From positions 4,800,001 to 4,864,000 of the forward strand of contig OZ257156.1 of NCBI GenBank assembly GCA_965279375.1: a stretch of DNA of 64,000 bases, given 5' to 3'. A program made the position numbers and the translations under genes. A model generated the notes under the pieces. The model was not told the origin of the DNA, did no database searches, and worked only from the letters and a program-made list of their open reading frames with translations. Each line of letters starts with the position of its first letter. The first letter of the stretch is position 1. Below are positions 55,259 to 64,000 of this stretch, piece by piece. Origin of the DNA: Gemmatimonas sp. GTDB taxonomy: Bacteria > Gemmatimonadota > Gemmatimonadetes > Gemmatimonadales > Gemmatimonadaceae.

Positions 55259-56383
55259 ATGGCGCAGATCGATCTCGCCCTGTCGCATTCGTACGTCGCA
55301 CACCCCACGCGCGCAGAGGACTACGCGCTGCATCCACTGACGATGCGCTTCGATGACGGCGGCGCCTATGCGCTGCTCGGGCCGTCAGGCTGCGGCAAGA
55401 CGACGATGCTCAACCTGATCTCGGGGTTGCTGACGCCGTCGCAAGGCACAGTGCTCTTCGACGGGGTGGATGTGACCGAGCGCGCACCGCAGCAGCGCAA
55501 CATTGCGCAAGTCTTTCAGTTCCCCGTTGTGTACGACACGATGAGTGTGGCGGAGAATCTCGCCTTCCCGCTCAAGAACCGTGGTGTGGATGAGGCACGC
55601 ATTCGTGCGCGCGTGGGGATCATCGCCGAGATGCTCGATTTGAGTGCGCAGCTCGATCGACGCGCGGCGGGGCTCACCGCCGACGCCAAGCAGCGCATTT
55701 CGCTCGGCCGCGGCCTGGTGCGCGAGGATGTGGCCGCGGTGCTCTTCGACGAGCCGCTGACAGTGATCGATCCGCAGCTCAAGTGGCAGCTCCGACGCAA
55801 GCTCAAGCAGGTACACGCGGAACTCAAGCTGACGCTCATTTACGTCACGCACGATCAGGTGGAAGCACTCACCTTCGCCGATCAGATCGTGGTGATGATG
55901 CAGGGGCGCGCGGTGCAGACCGGCAGCGCGGCCGATCTCTATCAGCGACCATCGCACCCGTTCGTGGGGCATTTCATCGGCTCACCGGGAATGAACTTCG
56001 TGCGCGCGCGGGTCGAAGCGTTCGCGCTGATTCTCGCGGGCCAGCGCGTGCCGCTCGGCACCGCGCTTCATGGTGGCCGCACGGAATTTCCGAGTGGCGA
56101 CTTCGTGTTGGGTGTGCGACCGGAGTACGTGACGCTGACCGAAGCGCACGCACCGGGGGCTGTCCTGGGACACGTCACGCAGCGGCAGGAGTTGGGCATG
56201 TACGTTCTGGTCACCGCTCGTATCGGTGAGGGCGACGCCGCGACGACAGTGCGCGCCCGTTTACAGTCAGAGGAAGTGATACCGCGTGTGGGAGACGAGG
56301 TATGGCTGCAGCTGGCGGGCACGCACAGCTGCGCGTACGCACCAACGCTGTTTGACGAGTTGACCGCGGCGGGAGTGCGATGA
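55259..56383 (+). CDS. glpT: Glycerol ABC transporter ATP-binding subunit 2
   Basis: GPSGCGKT, VFQFPVVYD, GLTADAKQ (atypical signature), DEPLTVIDP. Confidence 0.85.
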   Translation: MAQIDLALSHSYVAHPTRAEDYALHPLTMRFDDGGAYALLGPSGCGKTTMLNLISGLLTPSQGTVLFDGVDVTERAPQQRNIAQVFQFPVVYDTMSVAENLAFPLKNRGVDEARIRARVGIIAEMLDLSAQLDRRAAGLTADAKQRISLGRGLVREDVAAVLFDEPLTVIDPQLKWQLRRKLKQVHAELKLTLIYVTHDQVEALTFADQIVVMMQGRAVQTGSAADLYQRPSHPFVGHFIGSPGMNFVRARVEAFALILAGQRVPLGTALHGGRTEFPSGDFVLGVRPEYVTLTEAHAPGAVLGHVTQRQELGMYVLVTARIGEGDAATTVRARLQSEEVIPRVGDEVWLQLAGTHSCAYAPTLFDELTAAGVR

Positions 56384-57276
56384 AAACGCCCAAGCCGATC
56401 AACCAGAAGGCGTGGCTGCTGGTGCTGCCGGTGGTGTTGTGTGTGGCGTTCTCGGCGGTGCTGCCGCTGATGACCGTGGTGAACTATTCCGTGCAGGATA
56501 TCATCTCGCCGGAGCGACGCATCTTTGTGGGCACGGAGTGGTTTGCCGCCGTGCTGCGTGACAGCGACCTGCATGCCGCGCTGGGGAGACAGCTGCTGTT
56601 CTCGCTGTGCGTGCTGCTGGTGGAAGTGCCGCTCGGCATTGCGCTGGCGCTGTGCATGCCCGCCACGGGATGGCGCGCGTCGGCCGTGCTGGTGGTGATT
56701 GCGTTGTCGTTGCTGGTGCCGTGGAACGTGGTGGGCACCATCTGGCAGATCTTCGGGCGCACCGACATCGGATTGCTCGGCACGACGCTCACGAAGTTGG
56801 GGATCGACTACAACTACGCCGGGCACGCGGGCGACGCGTGGCTGACCGTGCTGCTGATGGATGTGTGGCACTGGACGCCGTTGGTGGCCCTACTCTGCTT
56901 TGCCGGCCTGCGTGCCATTCCCGATGCGTACTATCAGGCCGCACGCATCGATGGCGCGAGTGCGTTCGCCGTGTTCCGCTACATCCAGCTCCCCAAGCTG
57001 CGTGATGTGCTGATGCTGGCGATTCTGCTGCGTTTCATGGACAGCTTCATGATCTACACGGAGCCGTTCGTCCTCACGGGCGGCGGGCCGGGCAACGCCA
57101 CCACGTTCCTCAGTCAGTATCTCACACAGAAGGCCGTGGGACAGTTTGACCTGGGGCCAGCGGCCGCGTTCTCGCTGATCTACTTCCTCCTGATCCTGCT
57201 GTTTTGCTTTGTGCTGTATCAGTGGATGCAACGCGTGGGGGAGGAATCGAACATGGCGGAGGGCGGCAATGGCTAA
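56380..57276 (+). CDS. glpP: Glycerol ABC transporter permease
   Basis: NQKAWLLVLPV, MDVWHWTP, YYQAARIDGAS EAA loop, GQFDLGPAAA. Confidence 0.85.
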   Translation: MKTPKPINQKAWLLVLPVVLCVAFSAVLPLMTVVNYSVQDIISPERRIFVGTEWFAAVLRDSDLHAALGRQLLFSLCVLLVEVPLGIALALCMPATGWRASAVLVVIALSLLVPWNVVGTIWQIFGRTDIGLLGTTLTKLGIDYNYAGHAGDAWLTVLLMDVWHWTPLVALLCFAGLRAIPDAYYQAARIDGASAFAVFRYIQLPKLRDVLMLAILLRFMDSFMIYTEPFVLTGGGPGNATTFLSQYLTQKAVGQFDLGPAAAFSLIYFLLILLFCFVLYQWMQRVGEESNMAEGGNG

Positions 57277-58087
57277 GCCTCGCCTGCGTATCGGTGTGCG
57301 TACGCTATTTCTGATCGCATACCTCCTGTTCGCCATCGTGCCGGTGTACTGGATGGTGAACATGTCGCTGCGTTCCAATCAGGAGATCGTCTCCGCGTTC
57401 AGCTTCTTTCCGCGCGCGCTCACGCTGGAGCACTACCGCACCATCTTCACCGATGCGTCGTGGTACTCGGGCTACATCAATTCGCTGATATACGTCGCGC
57501 TCAACACGGTGATCTCCCTCGCCGTCGCGCTTCCGGCAGCCTACGCCTTCTCGCGCTATCGTTTTCTGGGAGACACGCACGTCTTCTTCTGGCTGCTGAC
57601 AAACCGCATGACCCCGCCGGCGGTCTTTCTGCTGCCGTTCTTTCAGCTTTACTCCACGTTGGGGCTGATGGATACGCACATCGCCGTGGCGCTGGCGCAT
57701 CTCGTGTTCAACGTGCCGCTCGCGGTGTGGATTCTCGAAGGCTTCATGAGTGGGATCCCCCGTGAAATCGACGAGACGGCGTACATCGACGGCTACAGCT
57801 TTCCGCGCTTCTTCGTCACGATGTTCCTGCCGCTGATCAAGGCCGGCGTTGGTGTGGCGGCGTTCTTCTGCTTCATGTTCAGCTGGGTGGAGCTGCTGAT
57901 GGCGCGCACGCTCACCAGCGTGAACGCCAAGCCGATCGTCGCCGTCATGACGCGTACGGTGTCTGCCTCCGGCATGGACTGGGGGGTACTCGCCGCGGCC
58001 GGAGTGCTCACGCTGGTGCCGGGTGCGATCGTGATCTGGTTCGTGCGCCACTACATCGCCAAGGGCTTCGCCATGGGACGCGTCTAG
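57269..58087 (+). CDS. glpQ: Glycerol ABC transporter permease 2
   Basis: FFWLLTNRM, EIDETAYIDG, YIAKGFAMGRV. Confidence 0.85.
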   Translation: MAKPRLRIGVRTLFLIAYLLFAIVPVYWMVNMSLRSNQEIVSAFSFFPRALTLEHYRTIFTDASWYSGYINSLIYVALNTVISLAVALPAAYAFSRYRFLGDTHVFFWLLTNRMTPPAVFLLPFFQLYSTLGLMDTHIAVALAHLVFNVPLAVWILEGFMSGIPREIDETAYIDGYSFPRFFVTMFLPLIKAGVGVAAFFCFMFSWVELLMARTLTSVNAKPIVAVMTRTVSASGMDWGVLAAAGVLTLVPGAIVIWFVRHYIAKGFAMGRV

Positions 58088-58100
58088 TGGGAGGCCGCTG

Positions 58101-58409
58101 ATGCTGCGCTGGATGGCGTGGACACCGCCGGTGGCGATTTTTTTCGGCACCATCGTGCTCGTGCTGATCGGTATGACGGTGTGGGAGATCAAGTCGCCCA
58201 GTATCACGCGACGCGGCTTTCTCCCCATCGCGACCACACGCGGCGATCGGCTCTTCATCGGCCTGCTGTCGATGGCCTTTGCCAATCTCGGGTTCGTCGC
58301 CTTCCGTGAGCGACTGGGCGCCGCAGTCGGCGCCGCCTCGCCACCGTCGATGCTGATCGGCTTGGGCGTCTCGCTGCTGTTACTGCTCTGGATCATGCGA
58401 AAGGGCTGA
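58101..58409 (+). CDS. glpU: Small membrane protein DUF2160 family
   Basis: WMAWT, RRGFLPIATTRGDRLFIGLL. Confidence 0.82.
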   Translation: MLRWMAWTPPVAIFFGTIVLVLIGMTVWEIKSPSITRRGFLPIATTRGDRLFIGLLSMAFANLGFVAFRERLGAAVGAASPPSMLIGLGVSLLLLLWIMRKG

Positions 58410-58464
58410 CCGGCCGCTACGTTCGCAGCCACAGTTCCCGCCACCACTCTCCGTTCGAGGCCTC

Positions 58465-60213
58465 GTGCGCCGCTCATCATCCTACGCTGCTGCCCTGACG
58501 GCGCTATTCGCCGTCGCCTGCGGTGGCGACGCTCCCAAGTCGTCTGCCCCCAGCCGCACTGCTGCGGCGTGGATCGACAGCGAATTCCAGCCGTCGACGC
58601 TCACCAAGCCAGAGCAGACCGCCGAGATGCAGTGGTTCGCCGATGCGGCCGCCAAGCTCAAGGCGAAGGGCGTGAAGAAGATCTCCGTTGTGTCGGAAAC
58701 AATCACAACGCACGAGTACGAGAGCAAGACGCTGGCGAAGGCGTTCACCGACATCACCGGCATCGAGGTCGCACACGACCTGCTGCAGGAAGGCGACGTC
58801 GTCGAGAAGCTGCAAACGTCGATGCAGTCGGGGCAGTCGATCTACGATGGCTGGATCTCCGATTCCGACTTGATCGGCACGCACTATCGCTACGGCAAGA
58901 TTCTCTCGCTCACCGACTACATGGCGGGCGCAGGCAAGGAGTTCACGAGCCCCACGCTCGATCTCACGGACTTCATCGGCACGAGCTTCACGACCGCGCC
59001 AGACAAGAAGCTCTATCAACTCCCCGACCAGCAGTTCGCCAACCTCTACTGGTTCCGCGCCGATCTCTTCGCGCGCCCGGAACTGCAATCGGCCTTCAAG
59101 GCCAAGTACGGTTACGACCTCGGCGTGCCGCTCAACTGGAGCGCTTACGAAGACATCGCCGCCTTCTTCACCAACGACGTGAAGACGATCGACGGCAAGC
59201 CGATCTACGGCCACATGGACTACGGCAAGAAGGACCCGTCGCTCGGCTGGCGCTTCACCGATGCGTGGCTCTCGATGGCCGGTGCAGCGGACATTGGCAC
59301 GCCGAATGGTCTGCCCGTGGACGAGTGGGGCATTCGCGTGGCCGACGACAAGTGCACACCGGTCGGCGCGTCGGTCTCGCGCGGCGGTGCGACGAATTCG
59401 CCGGCGGCCGTGTACGCGCTCACGAAGTACGTGGAGTGGCTCAAGGCCTACGCGCCCAAGGAAGCAGCGGGCATGACCTTCGGTGAGTCGGGCCCGGTGC
59501 CGGCGCAGGGGCAGATCGCGCAGCAGATCTTCTGGTACACCGCATTCACCGCCGACATGACCAAGCCGGGTCTTCCCGTGGTGAACGCCGACGGTTCGCC
59601 CAAGTGGCGCATGGCGCCCGGCCCCAATGGCCCGTACTGGAAGCCCGGGATGCAGAACGGCTATCAGGACGTTGGCTCCTGGACGTTCTTCAAGGATCAC
59701 GATCCGAATCAGCTCGCGGCCGCGTGGTTGTACGCGCAGTTCGTCACCAGCAAGACGGTGTCGCTCAAGAAGTCGATCACCGGTCTGACGTTCATCCGCG
59801 ACAGCGACATCCGCGCCGAGTACTTCACCACCAACGCCAACAAGTACGGTGGTCTGATCGAGTTCTATCGCAGCCCCGCGCGCGTGGCGTGGACCCCCAC
59901 GGGCACCAACGTTCCCGACTACCCCAAGCTCGCGCAGCTGTGGTGGAAGAACGTGGCGGTTGCTGTCACCGGCGAGAAGACGCCGCAGCAGGCGATGGAC
60001 AACCTCGCCGACGAGATGGATCAGGTGATGGCGCGACTGGAGCGTGCAGGAATGGCGGCCTGTGCACCCAAGCTCAATCCTGCTGGAGATCCGTCGACGT
60101 ACCTCAGCGAAACGAACGCGCCCTGGAAGCAACTCGCGAACGAGAAGCCCAAGGGCGCGACAATCAGCTACGACACCTTGCTGACTGCGTGGAGGCAGGG
60201 GCGCGTGCGCTAG
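58465..60213 (+). CDS. glpV: Glycerol ABC transporter substrate-binding protein (lipoprotein signal)
   Basis: EFQPSTL, VSETITTHEYE, DSDLIGTH, PDQQFANLYW, GYQDVGSWT; N-terminal lipobox AVAC. Confidence 0.88.
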   Translation: MRRSSSYAAALTALFAVACGGDAPKSSAPSRTAAAWIDSEFQPSTLTKPEQTAEMQWFADAAAKLKAKGVKKISVVSETITTHEYESKTLAKAFTDITGIEVAHDLLQEGDVVEKLQTSMQSGQSIYDGWISDSDLIGTHYRYGKILSLTDYMAGAGKEFTSPTLDLTDFIGTSFTTAPDKKLYQLPDQQFANLYWFRADLFARPELQSAFKAKYGYDLGVPLNWSAYEDIAAFFTNDVKTIDGKPIYGHMDYGKKDPSLGWRFTDAWLSMAGAADIGTPNGLPVDEWGIRVADDKCTPVGASVSRGGATNSPAAVYALTKYVEWLKAYAPKEAAGMTFGESGPVPAQGQIAQQIFWYTAFTADMTKPGLPVVNADGSPKWRMAPGPNGPYWKPGMQNGYQDVGSWTFFKDHDPNQLAAAWLYAQFVTSKTVSLKKSITGLTFIRDSDIRAEYFTTNANKYGGLIEFYRSPARVAWTPTGTNVPDYPKLAQLWWKNVAVAVTGEKTPQQAMDNLADEMDQVMARLERAGMAACAPKLNPAGDPSTYLSETNAPWKQLANEKPKGATISYDTLLTAWRQGRVR

Positions 60214-60277
60214 GCTCCCCAGCCAGCGACACGCCCCCACACGCCACGTCGTTTTCTACATCAACGCTTCGCCTCGA

Positions 60278-60865
60278 CTACCGGCCGCGGCGCCCACCGC
60301 CGCGGCTCACGAACACGATCGGCTGCACGAACCCGCCGCGGAATCCGATGCCGCCGTACATGCCGTACATCCACGGATCATAGAACGGATACGCGCCGTA
60401 ACCGAATCCCATGCCGTAGCCGTATCCGTAGCCCCAGCCGTTGGGCGACCGACGCGTCTGCTCGTTTGAAGAGACCTCGAGCGGCGCGACGGAGACACTC
60501 GCGTTCCCCTGCACATCCTTGCATGAACGCTTCTGTTTGTCCGCCTTCGCGACCAGCTTGCCATCCTTCCACAACTCCATCGCTTCGCGCGACTTGGACG
60601 ACAACTCGACGGTCTCCCGAGCGCCCAGCGTCAGCTTCGTGTGCTCATTCGACTTGGCGATCGAGTACTCCAGCTCCACCGACTGTGTCCCGTCGTTGCG
60701 AATGAGAAAGCGATCGTCGCACAGATAGCCGAACGTCAACTGCGCCGCATCGGCGATCGGCGTGCGCGAGACTTCCACCACCTGCGCATCCAATCGCATC
60801 GCATTCGACACGCCGGCTACCGCGACAGCGCAGAACGACAGCGCGACCCTACGTAGCGTGTGCAT
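60278..60865 (-). CDS. Secreted hypothetical protein with Gly/Tyr-rich C-terminus
   Basis: RBS AGGAGAGG, signal peptide, two Cys in the mature part, tail GWGYGYGYGMGFGYGAYPFYDPWMYGMYGG. Confidence 0.75.
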   Translation of the reverse strand: MHTLRRVALSFCAVAVAGVSNAMRLDAQVVEVSRTPIADAAQLTFGYLCDDRFLIRNDGTQSVELEYSIAKSNEHTKLTLGARETVELSSKSREAMELWKDGKLVAKADKQKRSCKDVQGNASVSVAPLEVSSNEQTRRSPNGWGYGYGYGMGFGYGAYPFYDPWMYGMYGGIGFRGGFVQPIVFVSRGGGRRGR

Positions 60866-61126
60866 GGTGCCTCTCCTGATGTAAGCGCCTTTGCCGCATC
60901 GGCCCCCGCCGATACTCGCGCTGGCCTTCAATGCAGTAGACACGTGCGCCGAATGACACCCTACATGTCCAGGCAGTAGGACGGTCGAGTCTCGGATTGA
61001 GGGCAGATCGTCGCCTCCCGATGCTGCGGGGCACGAATTGTGCACCTCGCTTTCAGACGGTGGCGGAGACTCTTGCCGCAACATCGTCAGGTTCTGTGCT
61101 GGCCCTCCTTTCGGCAATCAGCAGCG

Positions 61127-61555
61127 ATGGAACGTGACGTGGGGCAGATGCACCGCGCGATCGCCTTGCACATCAGCCGAACACGTGCCGACAGCGTCGC
61201 CGTTGCTGAGTCAGTCCTGAGTAGCTACCGCGCGATCACGGCCGCGCTGGCGCCGATCATCGGCAGGCAGGGCGTCGGTGCGCTGCAGCTGCGCAGCGTC
61301 CAGCTGGCACAGACGCGCTACCCGTGGATTGCACTGGGGCAACTCCCAACGGGCACATCGGTCGACCTCGACGCGCTGCGCGCTGCATTGGTTGCACGGC
61401 CACACGATGAAGCCGTGCCCGCTGGCGTTGCCGTGCTCACATCGTTCTGCGACCTGCTGACGAGTCTGGTCGGCGCATCGCTCACCTGGCGCCTGCTCGA
61501 TGGCGTTTGGCCACCCCTTCGCGGCGGCGATCTCACGCAGGAAGCTGCGCAATGA
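61127..61555 (+). CDS. Small hypothetical protein coupled to KaiC-like ATPase
   Basis: LAPIIGRQGVGAL...LLTSLVGASLT; stop overlaps the ATPase ATG (ATGA). Start uncertain. Confidence 0.7.
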   Translation: MERDVGQMHRAIALHISRTRADSVAVAESVLSSYRAITAALAPIIGRQGVGALQLRSVQLAQTRYPWIALGQLPTGTSVDLDALRAALVARPHDEAVPAGVAVLTSFCDLLTSLVGASLTWRLLDGVWPPLRGGDLTQEAAQ

Positions 61556-63042
61556 ACGGACACGTGGTCATCAAGCGCCTGCCCACCGGAGTGCCGGGAC
61601 TCGACGACGTCCTCGGCGGCGGTCTTCCCGAACTGTCGTTCAACATCATCGCCGGTGCGCCGGGGTGCGGTAAGACCACACTCGCCCACCAAATGATGTT
61701 CGCGATGGCATCGCCGGAAAACCGCGCGCTCTACATCACCGTGCTCGGCGAGCCGCCCCTCAAAATGATGCGCTATCAGCAGCAGTTCGGGTTCTTTGCT
61801 GAAGACGCGCTGCCGAACGCCGTGCGATTCGTGAACGTTGCGGACACTGTGGCCACCGGCGATCTGGACGCATTGCTGCAGCAGATCGCGCGCGAGGTCG
61901 ACGCCTACTCGCCACGATTCGTCTTCGTCGATTCGTTTCGTTCAGTCATGCTGGCCGGAAGCGAAGGCGCGCCCTCGCGCGGTACGCTGCAGCAGTTCGT
62001 GCAGCAACTTGGCATGCTGATGACCAGCTGGCATGCCACGACATTTCTCATCGGCGAATACGCCGACGACGTCGATGCAAACCCCGTCTTCACCGTCGCC
62101 GACGGCGTGCTGTGGCTACGCCAGAGCCTCCAGCGCAATTCGATGGTGCGAAAGATCGAGGTGGTGAAGATGCGCGGACAGGAAACGCTCCCGGGGCTGC
62201 ACGCATTTCGGATTCGCCCCTCGGGCATCGAGGTATTCGCTAACGCGCCGTTGCCACTGATTCCCAACAAGCCCTTCGCGCCGATCTCCGCACGCCTGCT
62301 CATGGGAATTCCCGGCTGCGACGAGATGCTCGGAGGTGGACTGCCGCAGGGGTATTCGCTCCTCATCGCCGGACCGTCCGGCTCGGGGAAGAGCGTCATG
62401 GCAGCCGCTTTTCTCGCCGAGGGTGCGCGCTGTGGCGAGACAGGAGTGCTGGCCGCGTTCGAGCAGCATCCGTCACGATCACGCAATCGTGTGCTGGCGG
62501 ACTTGATTGCCAACGGCAGCGTGGCGCTGGTGGATACGCGCGCCCCCGATCTGTCGATCGAGGAAGTGCTCCTGCTCATCCTGCGGTCGGCGCACGCGCT
62601 CAAGGCCACGCGCGTGGTGATCGATTCGCTCTCCGGTTTTGAACTCGCCCTCGCGCCGACGTTTCGCGAGGACTTCCGCGAATCGCTGTCCCGCTTGGTC
62701 ACGACGCTGGCCAATGCCGGGCTCACCGTACTGATGACATCGGAGCTGGAGGATCGGTACACAGACCTTCGCTTCAGTCCATACGGCACGGCGTTTCTCA
62801 CCGATGCCATCATCGTGCATCGATACATCGAGCTCGACAGCCGACTTCGTCGCGTGCTCGCGGTAGTGAAGGTGCGAGCGAGTGCCCACTCAAACGAATT
62901 GCGGGAATACACCATCACCGAGCGTGGTTTGCAGATCGGCAGCATGCTGCTCGAGCATGACGGGCTGCTCGGCGGACATCCGACGCACTCGCACGCTGCC
63001 CAACCGGCCGACCACCACGAGGCTCCGCCGCTCGATGGCTGA
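61552..63042 (+). CDS. KaiC/RAD55-like double-domain RecA-superfamily ATPase
   Basis: TGVPGLDDVLGGG, GAPGCGKT, VDS, KMRG; second domain GIPGCDEMLGGG, GPSGSGKS, VIDS, KVRA. Confidence 0.9.
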   Translation: MNGHVVIKRLPTGVPGLDDVLGGGLPELSFNIIAGAPGCGKTTLAHQMMFAMASPENRALYITVLGEPPLKMMRYQQQFGFFAEDALPNAVRFVNVADTVATGDLDALLQQIAREVDAYSPRFVFVDSFRSVMLAGSEGAPSRGTLQQFVQQLGMLMTSWHATTFLIGEYADDVDANPVFTVADGVLWLRQSLQRNSMVRKIEVVKMRGQETLPGLHAFRIRPSGIEVFANAPLPLIPNKPFAPISARLLMGIPGCDEMLGGGLPQGYSLLIAGPSGSGKSVMAAAFLAEGARCGETGVLAAFEQHPSRSRNRVLADLIANGSVALVDTRAPDLSIEEVLLLILRSAHALKATRVVIDSLSGFELALAPTFREDFRESLSRLVTTLANAGLTVLMTSELEDRYTDLRFSPYGTAFLTDAIIVHRYIELDSRLRRVLAVVKVRASAHSNELREYTITERGLQIGSMLLEHDGLLGGHPTHSHAAQPADHHEAPPLDG

Positions 63043-63841
63043 GCGGCCGCGTGAGCGAAAGCCGACGGCGCGCACCGCGGCGCATGTTCGCGAAGCCAAC
63101 GAACAGCTGGTCTTCGCCATGCTGCGCGCGCAGGCCGACGGCGAAGCGGCGGCGTGGGCGCTGCAGGAAGCGTTTCGCGCCGCGGAGCTGGATCTGCTCA
63201 CCGGACTGCCCAAGCGGGCGCTCATGCTCGATCGCTTGACGAACGCCATGGCCAACGCCCGGCGGCACACCACTCGTCTCGCGCTGCTGTTCGTCGACCT
63301 CAATGGATTCAAGGCGATCAATGACACATTTGGGCATGCCATCGGTGATCAGGTGCTGCAGCGAGTCGCGCACTGTCTCGTCGCCACCGTCCGCAACACG
63401 GACACCGTCAGTCGCCACGGTGGCGACGAATTTCTGATACTGCTCTCCGAAGTCTCGCATCCCGCCGATGCGCGTCAGATCGCGGCAAAGTTCAGTGAAC
63501 TGCTCGCCGAGCAGCGTTTTATCGGCCACGAGGAGATTCATCTGACCGCGAGCATCGGTGTCAGCATCTTCCCGGACGACGGCGTCGATGCCGCGACGCT
63601 TATTGAACGCGCCGATGAGGCAATGTACCGGGAGAAGCGGCACGAGCCCGACCCTTACCGACAGTCGGCGCGGCTGGAGCCGTTCGATGTGCAGCGCCGT
63701 CACGAACGGCTCAGCGCGGTGAACGAGCAACTCGTGCTGGCCTCGCTCCGCGCCGACCAACTGCATCGCTCCGCCGAGCGAACCATCCACGAGCTGCGCG
63801 CGGAGATCCAGCGGCTCAAGCGACAGCCGCGGAGTTCCTAA
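63035..63841 (+). CDS. Diguanylate cyclase (GGDEF) flanked by duplicated NEQLV helices
   Basis: DLLTGLP, NDTFGHAIGD, RNTD I-site, RHGGDEF; overlaps the ATPase stop. Confidence 0.88.
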   Translation: MAERPRERKPTARTAAHVREANEQLVFAMLRAQADGEAAAWALQEAFRAAELDLLTGLPKRALMLDRLTNAMANARRHTTRLALLFVDLNGFKAINDTFGHAIGDQVLQRVAHCLVATVRNTDTVSRHGGDEFLILLSEVSHPADARQIAAKFSELLAEQRFIGHEEIHLTASIGVSIFPDDGVDAATLIERADEAMYREKRHEPDPYRQSARLEPFDVQRRHERLSAVNEQLVLASLRADQLHRSAERTIHELRAEIQRLKRQPRSS

Positions 63842-64000
63842 CCGGCTGTTTCGTCCATCGCCGGCGTCGCGACAGGGGACGGCGCGCCCGAGGCTACGAC
63901 GGCAGCTCGCGCTCGAGGCGACGACGTTCCTGACGAATGACCGCCGTGGGCGACTTGCTGAACGTCGGATGCAGTGACGTCTCCCACGCCGCTTGCTGTC

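Noticed and set aside
61552..63042. True circadian KaiC clock
   Set aside because: No kaiA/kaiB nearby, and the Ser-Thr phosphosites and EE pairs are not conserved.

Overview
GC-rich bacterial chromosome segment. Gene repertoire and style suggest Gemmatimonadota; this is inference and no database was searched. It holds about 55 CDS, mostly housekeeping, transport and signalling genes. No rRNA, tRNA, CRISPR array or transposase was recognised. Main modules: (i) ECF sigma factor / Ser-Thr kinase / Ig-repeat lipoprotein (6.3-11.5 kb). (ii) sbtA-sbtB / Tat-exported beta-carbonic anhydrase / NhaR-like LysR bicarbonate-uptake operon with an upstream LysR palindrome (13.7-16.9 kb). (iii) A ~230-nt rod-like hairpin plus 37-38-bp tandem repeats between argJ and an oxidoreductase (38.4-38.7 kb). 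(iv) Hybrid kinase plus CheB-CheR fusion with no chemoreceptor nearby (39.6-44.9 kb). (v) A SAM-II-type riboswitch with terminator controlling a two-gene ATP-grasp ligase plus luciferase-like monooxygenase operon (49.6-51.8 kb), my best candidate for an uncharacterised sulfur/methionine pathway. (vi) A glpSTPQUV-like glycerol ABC transporter without glpK/D/R (54.2-60.2 kb). (vii) A small protein / KaiC-like ATPase / GGDEF signalling operon (61.1-63.8 kb). Start codons were chosen by eye and several are uncertain.
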